A stretch of DNA of 64,000 bases, taken from an uncultured Bacteroidota bacterium. Its GTDB lineage: Bacteria; Bacteroidota; Ignavibacteria; UBA10030; UBA6906. Location: assembly GCA_963700635.1 (NCBI GenBank), contig CAVOYH010000003.1:736001-800000 (forward strand), written 5' to 3'. Positions 60,204 through 64,000 of this stretch are shown piece by piece. The position numbers were made by a program, and so were the translations under genes. The notes beneath the pieces were generated by a model that was not told where the DNA came from, ran no database searches, and saw only the letters and a list, made by a program, of their open reading frames with translations. How positions within the stretch are numbered: the stretch's first letter is position 1; the number at the start of each line of letters is the position of its first letter.

Positions 60204-61586
60204 ATGTTCCCTTCAATTAAGAAACTTCATTTTGTCGGCATCGGCGGCATAGGCATGAGCGGCCTGGCTGAAATTCTGATCGATCAGGGCTTCAGCGTAA
60301 CCGGCTCCGACCGCGCGGCAAGCGATAACACCGAACGCCTGGAAGGGCTCGGAGTGCGTGTGTTCATCAATCACGATTCCAGGAACGTCGATCCCGATGT
60401 GGATGTGCTGGTCTTCTCTTCCGCGATACCGCCTGACAACCCGGAAATTGTTGTCGCGCGTGAACGCAACATTCCGGTGATCCGAAGGGCGGAAATGCTC
60501 GCAGAAGTGATGCGCCTGAAATACGGCATCGGTATCGCCGGAACGCACGGAAAGACCACGACCACGTCCATGGTCAGCCTGGTCCTGATGGAAGGTGGCA
60601 TCGATCCGACAGTTATCGTGGGAGGCCGGCTTCATGGACTCGCGGGTTCCAATGCCCGCATGGGAAAGGGCGATTTTATTGTTGTCGAGGCGGACGAATA
60701 CGACCGGTCCTTCCTGTCCATCACGCCCACCATTGCCGTGCTGACGACACTCGAGACGGATCATCTGGACTGTTACCGTGATCTTGAGGATATCAAATCC
60801 GCATTTATTCAGTTTGCGGGAAAGGTGCCGTTCTACGGATTTATTGTGCTCTGTCTGGATGAACCGGCCCTGCAGGATATCATGCCGAACATCAAGAAGA
60901 AGATCATCACGTACGGTCTGAACGGTCAGGCGGATCTGCAGGCGGTAGAACTTGTCCATAAGGAAAACCGGACCCGGTTCACATTGATCCGGAGCGGGGA
61001 TGAACTCGGCGTTATCGAGCTGCAGATCCCGGGCAAGCACAATGTCCAGAACGCCCTCGCGGCAATCGCTGTCGGCCTTGAACTCGGAGTGCCGTTTGAA
61101 AAGGTGAAGGCGGGGATCGAAAAATTCACCGGTGTTTTCCGCCGGTGGGAGGTCAAAGCCGAAGTCCAGGACATTACGGTGGTTGATGACTACGCACACC
61201 ACCCGACGGAAATCAAGGCAACCCTGTCCGGGGTGAAAGATGGGTGGCGAAGGCGGGTGATCTGTGTCTTTCAGCCGCATTTGTATTCACGCACACGTGA
61301 TTTTTACGACGAATTTGGCCGGTCCTTCTTTAATGCTGACGTCCTGGTGGTTACTGATGTCTACCCTGCACGGGAAGAACCTATACAGGGTGTCAGCGGC
61401 GAACTTATCACGAATGCCGCAAAAGTATTCGGTCATAAACAGGTCCACTATGTGCCCGACAAAACAACCGTCCCGAAATTCCTTATGAACATGAAGCAGG
61501 CGGGAGACATCATCATCACGATGGGCGCAGGTGATATCTGGAAGTTCGGCGAACAGTTTATCACAATGCTGAAGGCGAAAAAGTAA
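60204..61586 (+). CDS. murC: UDP-MurNAc--L-Ala ligase
   Basis: GIGGIGMSG, GTHGKTTT, EADE, DDYAHHPTE, FQPHLYSR, GAGDI. Confidence 0.97.
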   Translation: MFPSIKKLHFVGIGGIGMSGLAEILIDQGFSVTGSDRAASDNTERLEGLGVRVFINHDSRNVDPDVDVLVFSSAIPPDNPEIVVARERNIPVIRRAEMLAEVMRLKYGIGIAGTHGKTTTTSMVSLVLMEGGIDPTVIVGGRLHGLAGSNARMGKGDFIVVEADEYDRSFLSITPTIAVLTTLETDHLDCYRDLEDIKSAFIQFAGKVPFYGFIVLCLDEPALQDIMPNIKKKIITYGLNGQADLQAVELVHKENRTRFTLIRSGDELGVIELQIPGKHNVQNALAAIAVGLELGVPFEKVKAGIEKFTGVFRRWEVKAEVQDITVVDDYAHHPTEIKATLSGVKDGWRRRVICVFQPHLYSRTRDFYDEFGRSFFNADVLVVTDVYPAREEPIQGVSGELITNAAKVFGHKQVHYVPDKTTVPKFLMNMKQAGDIIITMGAGDIWKFGEQFITMLKAKK

Positions 61587-61590
61587 TTCC

Positions 61591-62382
61591 ATGTCTGCCC
61601 TGCTCCATACTGACGGCACAAGTACACCCCGCGGCCGGGGTGGCGTGATTCTGCTGGTGGCGCTCGTGGCGTTGACGGGCGCCGCTGCCGTTGGAGCATT
61701 TTTCTGGAAGGCAGACCTTGTTGTACGTACAATCGCGACCGAGGGAAACCAGATCGTGACATCGGAGTCAATCCTCCGGCTTGCCGCCGTGCCAGGGCAG
61801 AAGCGTCTGGAAGATCTGGACCTCGCCGCCATCCGCCAGCGGGTTCTGAAAAGTCCGTATATCAAGCAGGCGTCGGTACACCGGGACTTTCCTGACCGCG
61901 TGGTCATCCGGGTAGAGGAACGTGTGCCGGTTGCGGTTCTTGTCGCTGAGAAACTCCTGTATGTTGACGGGGATGGACTTATGCTCCCGGTCGTACAATC
62001 GGAATTCGTCTATGATCTGCCCGTGATCACCGGCGCCGCAGCGGTACAGGTCTGTCAGCCGGGAAGGCGGATCTCCCATCCCACCCTGCGCGAGGCACAC
62101 CGCCTCGTGCTGGCGTCACACCGGATCGGCAGCACACTGAACCGCCGCATATCCGAGATTCATCTTCAAGAAAATGGCGAGCTGTTACTGTACACTGCCG
62201 AGTTTGGCATCCCGGTATATTTCGGCCGGGGTTCGATTGTGGAAAAGCTGACGTTACTGGAAAGCTTCTGGACCACCGTGGTGACAAGTCGCGGGGTACA
62301 GACCTTGCGCGCGGTGGACATTCGTTTTGCAGACCAGGTCGTCGCTCGCTGGGAACCGTCAACGGAAATTATCACGAATTGA
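61591..62382 (+). CDS. ftsQ: Cell division protein FtsQ/DivIB
   Basis: TM, POTRA-like segment (GN...P-x-I...FPD...ERVP), C-terminal VDIRF; position before ftsA. Confidence 0.88.
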   Translation: MSALLHTDGTSTPRGRGGVILLVALVALTGAAAVGAFFWKADLVVRTIATEGNQIVTSESILRLAAVPGQKRLEDLDLAAIRQRVLKSPYIKQASVHRDFPDRVVIRVEERVPVAVLVAEKLLYVDGDGLMLPVVQSEFVYDLPVITGAAAVQVCQPGRRISHPTLREAHRLVLASHRIGSTLNRRISEIHLQENGELLLYTAEFGIPVYFGRGSIVEKLTLLESFWTTVVTSRGVQTLRAVDIRFADQVVARWEPSTEIITN

Positions 62383-62406
62383 TACCTGTCTCCGGAAGGA
62401 ATCACC

Positions 62407-63645
62407 ATGGATAACATGATTGTAGGTCTGGACATCGGCACCACGAAGATCTGTGCGGTTGTTGCCGGGACAGATGAGAATGGCAAGGTCAACATTCTTG
62501 GCATCGGCCGGGCTCCTTCCGATGGCATCACGCGTGGGGTGGTAACGCACATCGACCGCACCACCGCGGCCGTTGCCCATGCCATCGCAGAGGCGCAGGC
62601 ATCGTCAGGGGTGGCGATCCGCTCGGTTATCGCGGGCATTGCCGGAGATCACATCCAGAGTTTCCAGAGCCGCGGCGTCGTGGGCATCAGCGGTCCGGAT
62701 CATGAGGTCACACGCACCGACATTGACCGCCTGATCGAGGACACCAAACGCGTGGCGCTGCCTTCAGACCGTAAGATCATCCATGTGATTCCGCAGGAGT
62801 TCATCATCGACGGACAGGACGGCATCTATGACCCGCTCGGAATGTCGGGAGTCCGGATGGAAGCAAACGTGCATATTATTACAGGTCTCGTCAGCGCCGC
62901 ACAGAACATCTACAAATGTGTGCAGCGGGCGGGACTCGAAATAAGTGACATGGTGCTGGAGCCCCTTGCTTCGAGCTACGCGGTGCTTGACGATGAAGAA
63001 AAGGAGGTCGGGATTGCGCTGCTGGATATCGGCGGAGGGACCACCGACCTTGCCGTGTTTGAAGAACGCACTATCCGTCATACCGCGGTCATCGGGGTCG
63101 CCGGGAAAAAGGTCACCGACGATATTCGTAAGGGTCTGGGTATCCTCAACGAACAGGCCGAACGACTGAAAAAGGATCACGGGTGTGCGTATGTGGACGC
63201 TGTGGTGGATAACGAGCTTCTCGTTCTGCCCGGTGTGGGTGGCCGGCCCCCCATTGAAATAGACAAACGGATTCTTGCGCAGATCATCCAGCCCAGGATG
63301 GAGGAAATCCTGGAAATCGCCGCCCTTGAAATCAAACGTTCCGGGTATGCCAAACATCTTGCCGGGGGTGTGGTGCTGACAGGTGGTGGCGCGCTGGTCA
63401 AGGGAACGGCCGATCTTGCGCGGGACGTGCTGGGTATGCCGGTGAAGATCGGCATCCCCGCCGGATTTTCGGGCGGATTGATCCGGGAGATTGAGAATCC
63501 CGCATATGCTACAGCGGTTGGATTGATTTATCATGGACTCAAACACCGCCAGACCGCCGCGGTGGGTGGTGGATCTTCGACTACAAAGGAACGGTCTTTT
63601 AGTGAAGTGGCCCGCAGAGTGCGCGCGTGGTTCGAAGCGCTCTGA
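62407..63645 (+). CDS. ftsA: Cell division protein FtsA
   Basis: GLDIGTTK, DIGGGTTD, AERLK, LTGGG, C-terminal amphipathic RVRAWF. Confidence 0.96.
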   Translation: MDNMIVGLDIGTTKICAVVAGTDENGKVNILGIGRAPSDGITRGVVTHIDRTTAAVAHAIAEAQASSGVAIRSVIAGIAGDHIQSFQSRGVVGISGPDHEVTRTDIDRLIEDTKRVALPSDRKIIHVIPQEFIIDGQDGIYDPLGMSGVRMEANVHIITGLVSAAQNIYKCVQRAGLEISDMVLEPLASSYAVLDDEEKEVGIALLDIGGGTTDLAVFEERTIRHTAVIGVAGKKVTDDIRKGLGILNEQAERLKKDHGCAYVDAVVDNELLVLPGVGGRPPIEIDKRILAQIIQPRMEEILEIAALEIKRSGYAKHLAGGVVLTGGGALVKGTADLARDVLGMPVKIGIPAGFSGGLIREIENPAYATAVGLIYHGLKHRQTAAVGGGSSTTKERSFSEVARRVRAWFEAL

Positions 63646-63693
63646 GCCCGGGCTCAAACAAAGTGTATCCCACAAATCAAAGGAGGTATTCCT

Positions 63694-64000
63694 GTGATCG
63701 AACTGGATAATGGCTTCGATCGTGGTGCAAAGATTCGTGTCGTCGGCGTGGGTGGTGGCGGAGGGAACGCCACCAACAGTATGATCAAAAAGGGACTGCG
63801 CGGTGTGGACTTCTTTGCGATCAACACCGACCTGCAGGCTCTGCAACGAAGCGCAGCACCAAACAAGATTCAGATCGGCAAAAATCTTACTCGCGGACTC
63901 GGAGCCGGTGCGGATCCTACCATGGGCTATCGCGCAGTCGAAGAGGACCGCGAAGAAATCGCCCGCGCCCTCACGGGGAGCGATATGGTGTTCGTGACGG
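63694..64000 (+). CDS. ftsZ: Cell division protein FtsZ (partial, runs off the window)
   Basis: SD AAGGAGG, GTG 63694; manual translation [26 protein letters not shown]...AINTD...[10 protein letters not shown]...DMVFVT. Confidence 0.95.
   Translation, partial: MIELDNGFDRGAKIRVVGVGGGGGNATNSMIKKGLRGVDFFAINTDLQALQRSAAPNKIQIGKNLTRGLGAGADPTMGYRAVEEDREEIARALTGSDMVFVT

Noticed and set aside
60213-63846. 355-aa and 360-aa antisense ORFs over murC and ftsA
   Set aside because: No recognisable motifs; fully explained as antisense shadows.

Overview
Chromosomal replication-origin region of a moderately GC-rich bacterium. The Bacteroidota/Chlorobi-type RpoZ and the triple-parvulin/MoxR cluster, together with canonical Shine-Dalgarno sites and TTGACA/TATAAT-type promoters, point to an Ignavibacteria-like lineage (inference). 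Left to right: (1) an accessory block: a partial DUF5916/CBM9-like gene, AGCS symporter, SDR, AmrS radical SAM, GT39-like, MFS and GT2. (2) A minus-strand run yicC-gmk-rpoZ-coaBC-udg-dnaB-DUF1460-DUF4412. (3) rqcH(NFACT) and a PLP lyase. (4) Three parvulin/SurA-family genes, MoxR and a VWA protein. (5) dnaA-oriC-dnaN-recF-dciA-gyrB-gyrA. (6) rpmH-rnpA-yidD-yidC-mnmE-mnmG-rsmG-murQ-mfd. (7) The dcw cluster from mraZ to a partial ftsZ. I saw no rRNA, tRNA, CRISPR array or mobile element. The most interesting signals are: a remote DnaA-box/IHF-like module about 19 kb from oriC; a GyrA tail carrying a clamp-binding-like QISLF motif, an A10 slippery run and a histone-like basic tail; an OmpA-like domain inserted in a parvulin lipoprotein; perfect parS sites forming the first codons of both mnmG and rsmG; DnaA boxes written into the DnaA N-terminus; and an unknown membrane gene between murG and murC. 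All gene calls come from motif recognition, not database searches.
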